A stretch of 64,000 nt of DNA, taken from positions 37,944,001-38,008,000 of the forward strand of contig NC_043001.1 of NCBI RefSeq assembly GCF_006345805.1, given 5' to 3'. Both the position numbers and the translations under genes were made by a program. The DNA is from Octopus sinensis (Eukaryota). The notes beneath the pieces are model-generated. The model saw only the letters and a list, made by a program, of their open reading frames with translations. It had not been told where the DNA came from and did no database searches. Numbering within the stretch: the first letter of the stretch is position 1; the number at the start of each line of letters is the position of its first letter. This document shows positions 12,826 to 24,675 of this stretch, piece after piece.

Positions 12826-13810
12826 AAGTTACGGTGAAGTTTTTTTATATTGTGCTCATGACCTATCATTTCTCAAGGCAGGGTGGACTGAAGGGAAGAC
12901 ATATCCTCAAACTGGAGATCTGATCCTAACCCTAACAACAGAGTGAGATACTCAAGGCAGTGGTATTAAGCAAGGCATTCCTTCCAATGTTCTATTCTGC
13001 CAATCTAACATTTTGGACTGATTCTTTATTTTATCTATCCCAAACAAGTAACAGCAAAGTTGATGACAGTGAAAGTTGAACTCAAAGTACAGAGAACCAA
13101 AAGAAACACCACATGGCATTTCCTTGAAATTTGAGTGAATTTAGCAGCTATTTATAGCAGATTGAACAACCATATAGAGGCTTCTTCAGTGGCTCGTTCA
13201 TTGGCGTTGGTTTCATCATATACACATTTCACTCAGAGGGACAAATTAATTTTCTCACTTCCAGCTAGAATAGTGTGCAAGTGTGTAGATACATCATCAT
13301 CATTGCCACTTAACTTCCACTTTTCCATGCTTGCATGGGTTCGATGGAGTTTATTTAAGGTAGATTTTCTATGTCCAAAAATCCTTCCAGTTGCCAAGCC
13401 TTACTTGTTTCTATGCAAAATATTTACTCAAGGCCAGCCATGTTTTTGCAGAATATTAGAAATGAATGATATTGCTTGTATGACACTGACACTCATCTAC
13501 AACCATCATGTGAAGTCAAGACAAGGAGGCACACACACACACATCCATATGCAATGAGATTCTTTCAGTTTCCATCAACAAAATCCACTCACAAGGCTTT
13601 GGTCAACCTGGAGCTATAGTAGGAGACACTTGCCCAAGATAACATGTATTGAGACTGAACCCAGATCCATGGGGTTGGAAAGTAAACTTCTTGCCATACA
13701 GTCACACCTGCATCTATACACAAATAAAATCATAACAAAGTGAAAGGAAACACAACAATGGCACAATTATTGGATATAACAAAGGTGAAAATCTCTAATT
13801 TTCAACAGAC

Positions 13811-13916
13811 CTTCTTCAGTTGAGTTATTTATCATCTTCACAGGATTTGCTTCATTTTCCATGAATGCCTTCTTCTGGCTCTCAGCTTCTGCTTGACCAA
13901 TTTCTAATTGTTCCGC
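13811..13916 (-). CDS. NOSIP: NOSIP coding exon 4 (AEQLEIGQAEAESQKKAFMENEANPVKMINNSTEE)
   Basis: 106 nt; acceptor atattttAG, donor GTCTGT; phase 0 in and phase 1 out fit the neighbouring exons; occupies the variable coiled-coil linker. Confidence 0.88.
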
Positions 13917-14446
13917 CTAAAATATAAATTACAAATATCCAATAGATATATGATAAATTCATGGACATAGAGTTCTGAGGATTCTTATTCTTCTACTGGT
14001 TTCAGGCAGTGGTCTGTGACCATGCTGGGGCACTACTTTCAAGGGTTTAGTCAGTCACATTGACTACAGTACTTCAATTCTATTTGTCAAACTGCTAAGT
14101 TAGGTATAAAGGGATACAACATAAGCAATGGTCTCTCTCTCTCTTTCTCTCACTAATACACTCACATACACACACACTACATATGTATATTAATAGCCAA
14201 TATAAATGCTGGTTGGTTGGTAAGTTGGTTGATTACTCTTGTCATGTTAAATATCATATAAAGTGAGAAAGGAGAGAGTTAGCATAAGAAATCAATAGAG
14301 GAATGTTGAAATTGATAAGCAGGGTATTAACATACTAGGAAGTAGCTTGCAGAACAAGACCCCTCAGCTAAGTGGGGAGTAGTATAGAGGGAGGTGGCTT
14401 TGTGCCAGATGATGAGAGGTTAGCACATTATAGAAAGACAGAAACA

Positions 14447-14640
14447 GGCGGCGAGTTGGCAGAAACGTTAGCATGCCGGGCGAAATGCTTAGTGGTATTT
14501 TGTCTGCCACTACATTCTGAGTTCAAATTCCACCAAGGTCGACTCTGCCTTTCATCCTTTTGGGGTCCGATTAAATAAGTACCAGTTACGCACTGTGTCC
14601 CCTCTGTGTGTAGCCCCTTGTGTTCAGTAAAGAAATAAGA
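14447..14640 (+). mobile_element. tRNA-derived SINE family B
   Basis: ggcggcgagctggcagaa head, B-box GAGTTCAAATTCC, gtcgactttgcctttcatcc body. Other copies at ~15040-15260(-), 15340-15560(-), 26880-27300(- x2), 30620-30720(-), 38340-38515(+), 46218-46400(+), 50670-50850(+). Confidence 0.85.
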
Positions 14641-14852
14641 AGGGCAAAAACAGTTGTCTAGCAGTAGAGGAGATACATGACTACTCCAGTGGGAAAAGGA
14701 GAGAGGAGAAGAGGGGAGAGAGAGAAGATGGTGAAGAAGATGTGTTAGAACATGCCCTCAAATTACAGGAAAGTGTACATAAGTGGTACAGGGGATTGGA
14801 TAGAGTGAGTGAAGGGACAGGAGAGTGGGATGTGTGTGCGTGTATGTATGTA

Positions 14853-14911
<59 letters not shown>

Positions 14912-15844
14912 TTAATATGACAGGCTTCTTTCAGTTTCCCTTTACCAAATTCACTCACAAGTATGGGGGTTATACACTTGTCCAAGGTGCTACATAGTGA
15001 ACCAAACCCAATACCATGTGGTTAGGAAACAAACTTCTTGTTTTCTTTAACTCTAGGCACAAGGCCTGAAATTTAGGGGGAGGGGGCCAGTCGATTAGTC
15101 CGACTCCAATACGTAACTGGTACTTAATTTATTGACCCCGAAAGGATGAAAGACAAAGTTGACTTCGGTGGAATTTGAACTCGGAACATAAAGACAGATG
15201 AAATACTACTAAGTATTTTGCCTGGCGTGCTAACGCTTCTGCCAGTTCGCCGTCTTTGAGAAACAAACTTCTTAACAACACTGCCATGCCTGTGCCTACA
15301 CAAAAATAGCTGCATCAATAACTTCATTAACTACAAATACTTATTTCTTTATTGCCCACAAGGGGACAAACAAGGACAGACAAAGGGATTAAGTCGATTA
15401 TATCGACCCTAGTGTATAACTGGTACTTAATTTATCGACCCCTGAAAGGATGAAAGGCAAAGTTGACTTTGGCGGAATTCGAACTCAGAATGTAACGGCA
15501 GACAAAATACCTCTAAGCATTTCGCCCGGCGTGCTAACGTTTCTGCCAGCTCACCGCCTTAAACTACAAATACTATTGGTATGCTCCAATGATTAGTGCC
15601 AAAGAACAACTATGATATACTGAGTTCACTTTACTTGCCTCTCTTGTGGCCACCACAACTAACATATAAAAGCAGACTGGAGAATAGAGAAAAAGCAACC
15701 TGCTTGCATTTTCACATTGCATCTTATATGATAAATTACTGCACGTCAGAAGTAACAGTATGGACTGCTACTGGGCAATACCACTGTATATTTAAAATAA
15801 ATAAATCTGTGGACCATTCCAAGTCATTCAACCAGCTAGCTATA

Positions 15845-16228
15845 TCTCTCTCTATATAAACGGCAGTTTGTCTGTGTGTGTTTCTGTGTGTCTGTTTGGT
15901 TGTACCCTCACCCTGACCACGGCTTTCAACCGATTCTGATGAAACTTGACACACACATAGCCCAATGTCATAATTCAAAACTAACGCAGCGAAAATTTTG
16001 AAAAGTTCCCCCAGTTCTGAAAAAGATCGATAAATTCGACATGGGGTCGAGAATTAGAAACACAAACCGCAAACTGTCTAGGGGACGAAACTCGACCTTT
16101 TTAACTATCAAAAAAAATTTACCATAATTTTTTTCCCATTTTTTTGCTATTTTTTGGCTATAACTCTCTAAAAATGCTTTATAGTTATTTCCCTTACAAA
16201 CCCGAGCAACGCCGGGCGATACTGCTAG
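15845..16228 (+). mobile_element. Non-autonomous Helitron
   Basis: A|TC 5' end; 3' hairpin cccgagcaacgccggg followed by CTAG|T; first ~270 bp shared with the 20288 copy. Confidence 0.85.
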
Positions 16229-16689
16229 TGCATGATAAAGTAAGCTAAAGCTGATCTAGGGCTGAATATAAAACATCATCATCAACATCATAAAGACATA
16301 AAATTCATTTAAGAAATCTAGCCTTAAATCTTCGAAAATTCTGATTCTATTTTGTTACTTTTGACGAGTTTCAATGAAGTCATATGTAATAGAAACAATA
16401 TCTTGTAATATCTATGAAAATGTACACTCATCCTGCCAAAACAACTCTTTTTTTAGAGATATGATATACTATTTGATTTTGAACTGTACAGTTGAACAGT
16501 TAAAGTCCCGTGCTACTAACTTTATATTTATTATGTTCAAGCCTTACTACTAGTGATATTTGTTCCCTGATGAAAGCACATTTACTAATTTGCTTCAGTT
16601 GACTAATTTAGAAATATAAAAAATGAAAACTGAATTTTGATTTTATTTCCTTTTAATGATGGGGAAACTAGTAAACAATAAATATACTT

Positions 16690-16841
16690 GCAGCGTGGAA
16701 GGTGTTTATAAGCCATTTAAAAACACAGTAAAACTGTTAGATTCACAGTGTTTTTAAATGGCTTATAAACACCTTCCATGCTGCAATTGTTTCAGCACAC
16801 AATCTCAGATCAGGTCACTTGCTATGCAAGTACATCTCCGT
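16690..16841 (+). mobile_element. Fold-back insertion (Penelope-type non-autonomous, family 1, 5'-truncated)
   Basis: 39-bp inverted arms at 16688-16726 and 16748-16786 (1 mismatch); unpaired 3' tail; 13-bp direct repeat aataaatatactt at 16677-16689 and 16842-16854. Confidence 0.75.
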
Positions 16842-18010
16842 AATAAATATACTTTTTTCAAATATGGAAATATTTGGCATCTTGGGCAAGTGTCTTTTGC
16901 TATAGCCCAAGGCCTTGTGACAAGATTTAGTAGATAGAAATTGAAAAAAGCCTGTTGTGTGTGTGTGTGTACTGGTAGACAGACAGACAGATGTATATGT
17001 TACTGTCTCCTTGCCTTGACATCATGTGATAGTTGTAAACGAGAGTCACAATCATGCAAGCAGTGTCCTCCATTCATCTTATAGGGAATTATTTTATTGC
17101 CCTACTTGGAAACAGCTGAAGGTTGGCAACAGGAAGAGCATCTGGTCATAGAAAATCTCTTCCTCAACAAAATTCAATCCAACCAATGCAAGGATGGAAA
17201 AGTGGATATTAAAACGACAGACAGACAGATTATGCTTTTGTCCTCAAAGCGACACAAGTTATTCTTGTTATTTCATATCCCATTTATGACTACAACTGAA
17301 TACAGTGAATACTGTATCCCATGTAAAGCAAGATTTGATCTTTGTATTAGCAAACATAACACTTATTTAATAGAGTAAACAAACATTTTATTAATTTATC
17401 TACTGATTACATTTTTAATTCTAAGATAATGGTAAATAAGTAAACAAATGTTCTATCAATTTATCTAAAAAATTCTAACACATCACTTTTTTTACTTTAT
17501 GACAACAATGATGATAATTATTATATTCATCATGATATTGCATATCATGAGAATGCAGTTAGATATCCCCCCACTGCCAGCTACAATGTCAGATAAAACC
17601 AGATGTTCTTAACTTGACATTAGCATCATAGAATGTGTTTGAAAAGGCTTGTAGAAAGAAATGTCTCCACTAGATTTAGATTTGGAAAACTGAAAATGAA
17701 AATGTAAAACAAGCCATATATGATCACAAGAGAGTAACAATTTCAGTAATTAGGATGTCAGTCTTGTTCAAGACAAGAAATATTCACGTGTCTAAATCTT
17801 ATTATTCAAAGTTTAGTGAACTGAAGAACATAGAAATAAGTACATTACTCAAAACAAAAAGAAATAACACTATCTAAACAGCAGACATACAACTCATGAG
17901 ATGGTAATCTAGCCTTAATCAATGAGGTTGTCAGGTTTGGTGGGGGGGGGGTCCACTTTAGTAACAAATCCTTTTGATCTAAGCTTAAAATTAAATATAT
18001 GAATACATAC

Positions 18011-18122
18011 TTCATTTTTAGACTTTTGCTTTTCATATTTCTTCAGTTTTAAAGCAATTTCTTTCTTCTTGTGAATAATATATTCCAGAATAGCTTCTTT
18101 ATCATAAAGATGGCCATCAGGT
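18011..18122 (-). CDS. NOSIP: NOSIP coding exon 3 (PDGHLYDKEAILEYIIHKKKEIALKLKKYEKQKSKNE)
   Basis: 112 nt; acceptor ttttccttttAG, donor GTATGT; matches PDGYLYEREAILEYILHQK. Confidence 0.96.
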
Positions 18123-18414
18123 CTAAAAGGAAAAAAATGGACTTATAGAATTTAGCAATGAAAATAAACAATAACAATAAAACAATTTATCAAGATTTAT
18201 ATACATTTTAGCAGTTTTTAATATAAACTTCTACAAAAATTGACAAATACTAACTTATTGAATATTTCCTATTAGTTATTCCTATATTGTAACTAAGTTT
18301 CTTGAAAATAGCTACTAAGTTTAGAATATTAAAATATTAGACATATTATTTACAAGCATTGATGATTGGTAGTATATTTTCTATTTTTCATGATAGTTGA
18401 CCTTATTGGTTATA

Positions 18415-19045
18415 CACATCATCATCATCATTTAGCATCTGCTTCCATGCTGGCATGGGTTAGACAGTTTGACTGGAACTGGTAAACTGAGGGCTGCATC
18501 AAGTTCCAGTCTGATTTGGCATGGTTCTACAGCTGGATGCCTTTCCAAATACCAACCACCCCAAGAGTGTAATGAGTGCTTTTATGTGCCACTGACATGA
18601 GCCACAACTACGATTTCACTTGGCTTGATGAGTCTTCTCAAGTAGGGCATATCACCAAAGGTCTTGATCACTTCTCATTGCCTCTGTGAGACCCATTTCA
18701 AGATCATGCTTCATCACCTCATATCTTCCTGGGTCTACCTATTCCACAGGCTCCCTCCACAGTTAGAGATCAGTTCTTTTTTACACAGCTGTCCTCATCC
18801 ATACACACCAGATGACCATACCAGTGCAGTTGTCTCTCTTGCACACTACAGCTGATGCTTCTTATGCCCAACTTTTCTCTCAAGATGTTCACACTTTGTC
18901 ATACATGCACACTGACAATGTACATCCAGCAAAGCATACTAGCTTCATTTCTTTCAAGCGCATATCCTCAGCAGTCACAGCCATGTAGCATGGTTGTTCA
19001 CACACAGGCATCATACAATCTAAATCTATTTATCACCTTCCTTTG
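18415..19045 (-). mobile_element. RTE LINE 3' fragment
   Basis: Reverse complement of the same C-terminal coding end and UTR, with an (ATC)n tail at the left. Confidence 0.8.
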
Positions 19046-19429
19046 ACAGAAAAATCAATTATTCACATGTCTAATGAACACATTTTGTAATCAGCAGTAG
19101 GTAACTGTTCCTATTGATTTCCAAACATGATCAAATAAAAATTACAACATTCACGCATTTATTGAGGCACTAGTTAAGTGAAGCAACACTAGATGGTAAA
19201 TGAAACCAATTTGTGGGTTGAGCTTGCTAAGAATATATCATCAGCTTACATTCACTACTTATAGAAAAATAACTGTCATAAGAAATAACAATAAGAGATC
19301 TGCATAATAGTGTATTGGCCTTGGAAAAATTAAATTTTCATTTCAAAATGATATAAATGTTTTACTTTTCTGTATCACATTAAAGTCTTTTTGTCTGAAT
19401 AAAAAATTCAGTCTGTCAGGGTGAACAAT

Positions 19430-20190
19430 GATCAACCCACTAGATAGCATTTGGAGCCCCATTGGCTTGAGCCATCTTTCACAACAAAAATGAAAAAATT
19501 AAAGAGACCTAATTTCTGAATTGATGGTCAAGATAATACTTAACATTCACCTTTCAGAAAATATTACCCTGAAGATCATCCACAAATGCTTGAAAAGGCT
19601 TCAAGTGGAAGAAATTTATGACAACAAAAAAAAGAAGCTAACAAATCCACTTACACCATAGTAAAAAGAGATTTCAAAGCAAAAGCTGGAAAAGGATGGC
19701 AGGGAAAGAAATATGTTGAGAAGTTTCAATCAGGAGAGAGAAATGACTTGGTTACCATGGCTGAGGTAGGAAAACTTTACATTAGGAACAACCTATTCAG
19801 GAAGCAATCTGAGCATTTGGATAGCCCCAAATGCTCAGTATAAAAATGAAATGGATTACAATCAACAGATGGCGCAATGATGCAGGATGTCTTGGAGATA
19901 GTGCCATTCAATACTTGCTACTGGTAAAGATTGTAATCAACGTGTCAAGACCTTTGATGCGGTGCAGTTTCAGGATGCTATCAAGAAGGAAGTTTGGAGT
20001 CAACTTGAAGAGGTTGATGAAGACTACAATAGTCTGAAGCAGAAAATTAAAAGCTGCATGTAAAAGGTGAAAACTGCAAGTCAGCAGGGACCAGATGGAA
20101 AAACTCTTGGAGATGAAGGAAATGCTAGAGAAATGGAAAACTATAAAGAAGAACATGGAGGATCACCTTGAGTATACCATGCTCTGCTAA
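19430..20190 (+). mobile_element. Degenerate RTE-type APE endonuclease region
   Basis: IVKRDFKAKAG...EKFQSGERN..LVTMAEVGKLYIRNNLFRK..WIAPNAQYKNEMDY motifs. Confidence 0.7.
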
Positions 20191-20287
20191 GTGATCAGTC
20201 CCACCTCATGGCACCTTGAGCCAACCAAAGTTTTGTGAGTGGATTTGGTAGACAGAAACTGAAAGAAGCTTATTGTATATGTATATA

Positions 20288-21099
20288 TCTCTTTCTATAT
20301 AAACGGCAGTTTGTCTGTGTGCGTGTCTGTGTGTCTGTTAGGTTGTACCCTCACCCTGACCACGGCTTTCAAACGATTCTGATGAAACTTGACATACACA
20401 TAGCCCAATGTCATAATTCAAAACTAACGCAGCGAAAATTTTGAAAAGTTCCCCCAGTTCTGAAAAAAATCGATAAATTTGACATGGGGTCGAGAATCAG
20501 AAACACAAACCACAGACTGTCTAGGGGACGCAACTCGACCTTTTTAACTCTCAACTTGGCGAAGGCAAAATACCAGGGGATGAAAATGGTAATATTGTCA
20601 TCGATTCCATTTGTACCATTGTTAAAACGCCTTCTGATCTCAGAGATGCAGTGTTCCCAGATCTACAAGCTAATTATCAGAATATGGATTGGATTGGCCA
20701 AAGGGCTATTCTGGCCCCGAGGAATAAAACTGTTCACCATATTAATGATGAAATGCTAAAAATCATTCCTGGGGATGTCTATGTATATAAGTCTATCGAT
20801 ACAACTCCTGACCCAGAGGACGTCATCAACTATCCAATAGAGGTACTCAATTCCTTTGAGCCCCCCCCCCCCCCGACTACCACCACACATTCTCAAACTT
20901 AAAGTTGGTGCCCCTATAATGCTCATTAGAAATTTGGTTCCCCCAAAACAATGCAATGGCACACATTTGATCGTTAAGTCCTTATCTCCCACCGTAAACT
21001 TATATCAATATTTGCCTGAATAATCATCATAATTCAGTGCAATCATTAACAGTACTTTCAAGCAATTCAGCCCCGAGCATCGCCGGGCAATTCTGCTAG
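20288..21099 (+). mobile_element. Internally deleted Helitron retaining a PIF1-helicase fragment
   Basis: Same termini (A|TC...hairpin...CTAG|T); translation AILAPRNKTVHHIN...YKSIDT...YPIEVLNS...LKVGAPIMLIRNL..CNGT is typical of the Helitron helicase; frameshifted at a poly-C run. Confidence 0.9.
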
Positions 21100-21182
<83 letters not shown>

Positions 21183-21378
21183 AGAGTTAGTGGTTGTAGT
21201 AACCAACCAAGGGATAAAATATCTGTATATACTATCAGCATCTGTTACTTGTGTTATCCCCAGGCAATAGTATGCAGGGACACCATATACGTCGAGTGCA
21301 GGTGACAATAGGATAAACAAATGCAAATGATTAAAAAATGGAGAAAAACATAGATTAACCAGCACATCGATTGGACCA

Positions 21379-21443
21379 CATTTAAAGCTTGTTTATTGAT
21401 ACAAAGCAAGTCTTGCATTGTATCAATAAACAAGCTTTAAATG
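21379..21443. repeat. 65-bp near-perfect palindrome
   Basis: 32-bp arms with 1 mismatch around a single T (21411); weakly extendable to 21370-21452. Confidence 0.9.
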
Positions 21444-21811
21444 TTGTCCAATTGACATCATAAACGTCTACATAAAATACAAAGAATTTTAGGTACCATC
21501 TCATCCTAACATAGAAATTCCCCATCAAGAGTCTATGTGAAATCATCATGCACTCAGGTGCTAAACAAATCGACCAATATAAGATCATCTGCACTTAAAT
21601 AAGTGAGAAAAAAATAGTGGTTGCCTCCACGCAAAATACCAAATATGGTCCCATGGAAATTCTCACCTAGATTTGTTCTTTAGAAGAATGAAATGTTCTC
21701 ACCAGGAGCTTAGCTTTTCTAAATATATTCATGATGTTGCAAATCCATTAAGAAAGAATTATATCGTAGCATACCTTGCTCAAAAACACCTGAATGAAAA
21801 AATGATTCATA

Positions 21812-22215
21812 GGCGTAGGAGTGGCTGTGTGGTAAGTAGCTTGCTTACCAACCACATGGTTCTGGGTTCAGTCCCACAGCGTGGCACCTTGGGCAAGTGT
21901 CTTCTAGTATAGCCTCGGGCCGACCAAAGCCTTGTGAGTGGATTTGGTAGACAGAAATTGAAAGAAGCCCATCGTATATATGTATATATATATGTATGTA
22001 TGTGTGTGTATATGTTTGTGTGTCTGTGTTTGTCCCCCCAACATCACTTGACAACCGATACTGGTGTGTTTATGTCCCCGTAACTTAGCAGTTTGGCAAA
22101 AGAGACTGATAGAATAAGTACTAGGCCTAAAAAGAATAAGTCCTGGGGTCGATTTGCTCGACTAAAGGCGGTGCTCCAGCATGGCCACAGTCACATGACT
22201 GAAACAAGTAAAAGA
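21812..22215 (+). mobile_element. tRNA-derived SINE family A (full length)
   Basis: A-box TGGCTGTGTGGT, B-box GGTTCAGTCCC, core ggcaccttgggcaagtgtcttct, internal (TA/TG)n, end gactgaaacaagtaaaaga. Further partial copies at ~13540-13710(-), 13985-14120(-), 14910-15040(-), 16875-16960(+), 31130-31260(-), 31870-32025(-), 42200-42345(-), 63955-64000(-). Confidence 0.88.
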
Positions 22216-22349
22216 GGACCTTTAAAAAAAGTTCCAATATCACTGAAATAATACTACATTAATATTCTATTCAACAAATACAACTCAACCTCTAGTTTAA
22301 GTAAGGGAGAGCACTTGTCCATTACCGCACGATGAGTAATTAAGGAAAT

Positions 22350-22700
22350 GCTTAACAAGGAAAATCTAAATAATAATCCAAGGGGTTGCAGTGAGGAGAA
22401 TTAGGTGACCAGATATTAGGGGTGATGTGGTTGCAGAAATTGTATGACAGCAATGACTGGGTTCTCCTGCTTGTGTGGCATGGTACAAAGTCCTGTTGCC
22501 AGACATAGGGTATTCCTGTAACCACCCTCTTGACCCAGAGCAACACTACCTCCTCCCGGCACTTGATGTAGTCCTTGATGTTGAGTCTGAGGCCATGTGG
22601 GAAGATGAATGGAGGCATAACATCGCCATCACTGGCAATCACTCCAAACACCATGATGTTGACTGGATGTTTGAAACATTAACTATTTCTCGTATTTTTC
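22350..22700 (-). mobile_element. Tc1/mariner (DD37D/maT-like) transposase fragment
   Basis: MVFGVIASDGDVMPPFIFPHGLRLN...WQQDFVPCHTSRRTQ...WSPNSPHCNPLDYY. Confidence 0.88.
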
Positions 22701-22779
22701 TGATATTTTTAACAATTGCTTGATTTACTGAATCATGAGCTGGATATCTTTTCAACTATAAACTAGGAGTTGTAATATA

Positions 22780-23225
22780 TTTTCAGCTTGCTTGACTCAA
22801 AGAAATAATATAACTTTTAAAGCAGTATCCCACAATCTTAGATTGATACAAAATATCTCTAAACAGATGCTATATGAGGAACTTGTTAGTGGAAAGAGGC
22901 CCTGGCAGAAACCAAGGCTGTGTTTTAACAACTGTATAGAGTCCTCATTAAAGGCCTATGATATGCAGGAGACCGACTGGGAGAGTAATGTCGATCATCA
23001 CCACAGATGGAGGAAGCAGGTTAAGGATGGGATTGACACCTTTGAAACAGCACATATTCTTCATGAAGAATTTAAGCATGCTGTTTGAAAGTGTACTACT
23101 AGCATAGTGAATGGGGAAAGCTTGGTTTGCAAAGTTTGCAGTCGTGTATGCTTGTCAAGAGCAGGGATCATTAGCCACCACCATTGCTACAAATGCAAAA
23201 TATAAATTAGTCCTAGAGTGCACAA
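22780..23225 (+). mobile_element. RTE (BovB-like) LINE C-terminal fragment
   Basis: KQMLYEELVSGKRP..KPRLCF..CIESSLKAYD...W....RWRKQVKDG followed by a C-terminal Cys/His finger relic. Confidence 0.7.
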
Positions 23226-23270
23226 TATTCCTAAAGGTCAGCAATGGTCTTCCTTGGTTATGAGTGGACG

Positions 23271-23312
<42 letters not shown>

Positions 23313-23667
23313 CCAAATTCTAATGCAAAAGATATGGAAAGTTACAGGGGTTTTTCCTCAGGAATATTGGCAATATAAGTGAAGTGCATACCATCTCTAC
23401 TCTAGTCCACCCGATACATCTATCTTTCCTTCCAGCCTCCACCCAAATCACCATACACCAACCTTCCTCTCAAAATATCAACTCTCTGGAATCCCTTGTC
23501 AACTTACAGCTATTCAAACCAAACCCTCCAGTTTTACTGTAAAAGTTATTGGGCTAAAACTGTGCAAGATATAAAATAAAATACAAATGAGTTGAGATAG
23601 TTTTCATTGGGAATTGATACCAAATTTCAGAATTAGTTCACCAGGTACATTATATATATATATATAG

Positions 23668-24057
23668 TCTTTTATTTTTTTTTCTTGTTTTAGTCATTTG
23701 ACTGCAGCCATGCTGAAGCACTACCTTGAAGGGCTTTTTTAGTCAAACAAATTGACCCCTTAAGCCTAGTTCTTATTCCATTGATCTCTTTGCCAAACTG
23801 TTAAGTTATGGGGATGTAAACACACCAACAGCAGTTGTCAAGTGGTGATAGAGGGACAAACACAGATACAAAGACACACACACACACATATATACAACAG
23901 GCTTCTTTCAGTTTCCATCTACCAAATCTACTCACAAGGCTTTGGTCAGCCTCAGACTATAGTAGAAAACCCTTGTGCAAGGTACCACACAGTGGGACTG
24001 AACCTGGAACCTTGTGGCTGAGAAGCAAGCTTCTTACCACATAGCTATGCCTGCACA
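23668..24057 (-). mobile_element. SINE family A
   Basis: Reverse-complement copy of the family consensus. Confidence 0.85.
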
Positions 24058-24083
24058 CACACACACACACACATATATATACA

Positions 24084-24295
24084 CAGGGTGTCCCAGAAGT
24101 CACACACCATTCTGGTTTTCATTAAAAATAACTAAAGCATTTTATTTTATTATTTTTTTGGCATGTTTTATTGTAGAGGGTGCTCAATTTGAACATTTGT
24201 TATGATTAATTTCAATAACGTAATGTAATTTTGAAATCAGTAAGAGTGTATTCTTTTAAGAAACCACAGTGGTGCACGACTTCTGGGACACCCTG
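24084..24295. mobile_element. Tc1/mariner-type MITE
   Basis: TIR CAGGGTGTCCCAGAAGTC / GACTTCTGGGACACCCTG (extends to ~26 bp); TA at the right flank; inserted in a microsatellite. Confidence 0.85.
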
Positions 24296-24310
24296 TATGT
24301 ATGTATATAT

Positions 24311-24399
<89 letters not shown>

Positions 24400-24622
24400 A
24401 TATATTCCATTAGACTAAAGTTACAAACTGGAGTGAAAATCCCTCCTCAGTATTTCACTGATATTTTATTTTGTCAATAAAAAAAAGGAAAGTAGGATCT
24501 AAATGCACAACAGGTATTAACAGGCAATTACAAAAGTTATTTTACATACGAGAATTGCAGTCAACTTTCGTTTCAACGGTTTATAATCTTACATAACTTT
24601 GAAACCTAAGACCATTACTTAC

Positions 24623-24675
24623 GTTATGACAGGATTCCGGCAAGGTTGAAGAGTCAAGGAACAGCAATCAAAATC
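24623..24675 (-). CDS. NOSIP: NOSIP coding exon 2 (DFDCCSLTLQPCRNPVI-T)
   Basis: 53 nt; acceptor tttatttcatAG, donor GTAAGT; U-box/RING-like DFDCC.L.LQPC motif; ends in phase 2. Confidence 0.96.

Noticed and set aside
12922-12935. CCTAACCCTAA telomere-like motif
   Set aside because: Fewer than two full units, inside an interspersed repeat.
15930-15950. CTGATGAAAC in the Helitrons (also ~20380)
   Set aside because: No stem II between the core and GAAAC; it is ordinary Helitron 5' sequence.
16566-16635. CTGATGA followed by an AAGCA/TGCTT hairpin and a later CTGA
   Set aside because: No GAAA after stem II, so not a hammerhead; no terminal stem or guide, so not a convincing snoRNA.
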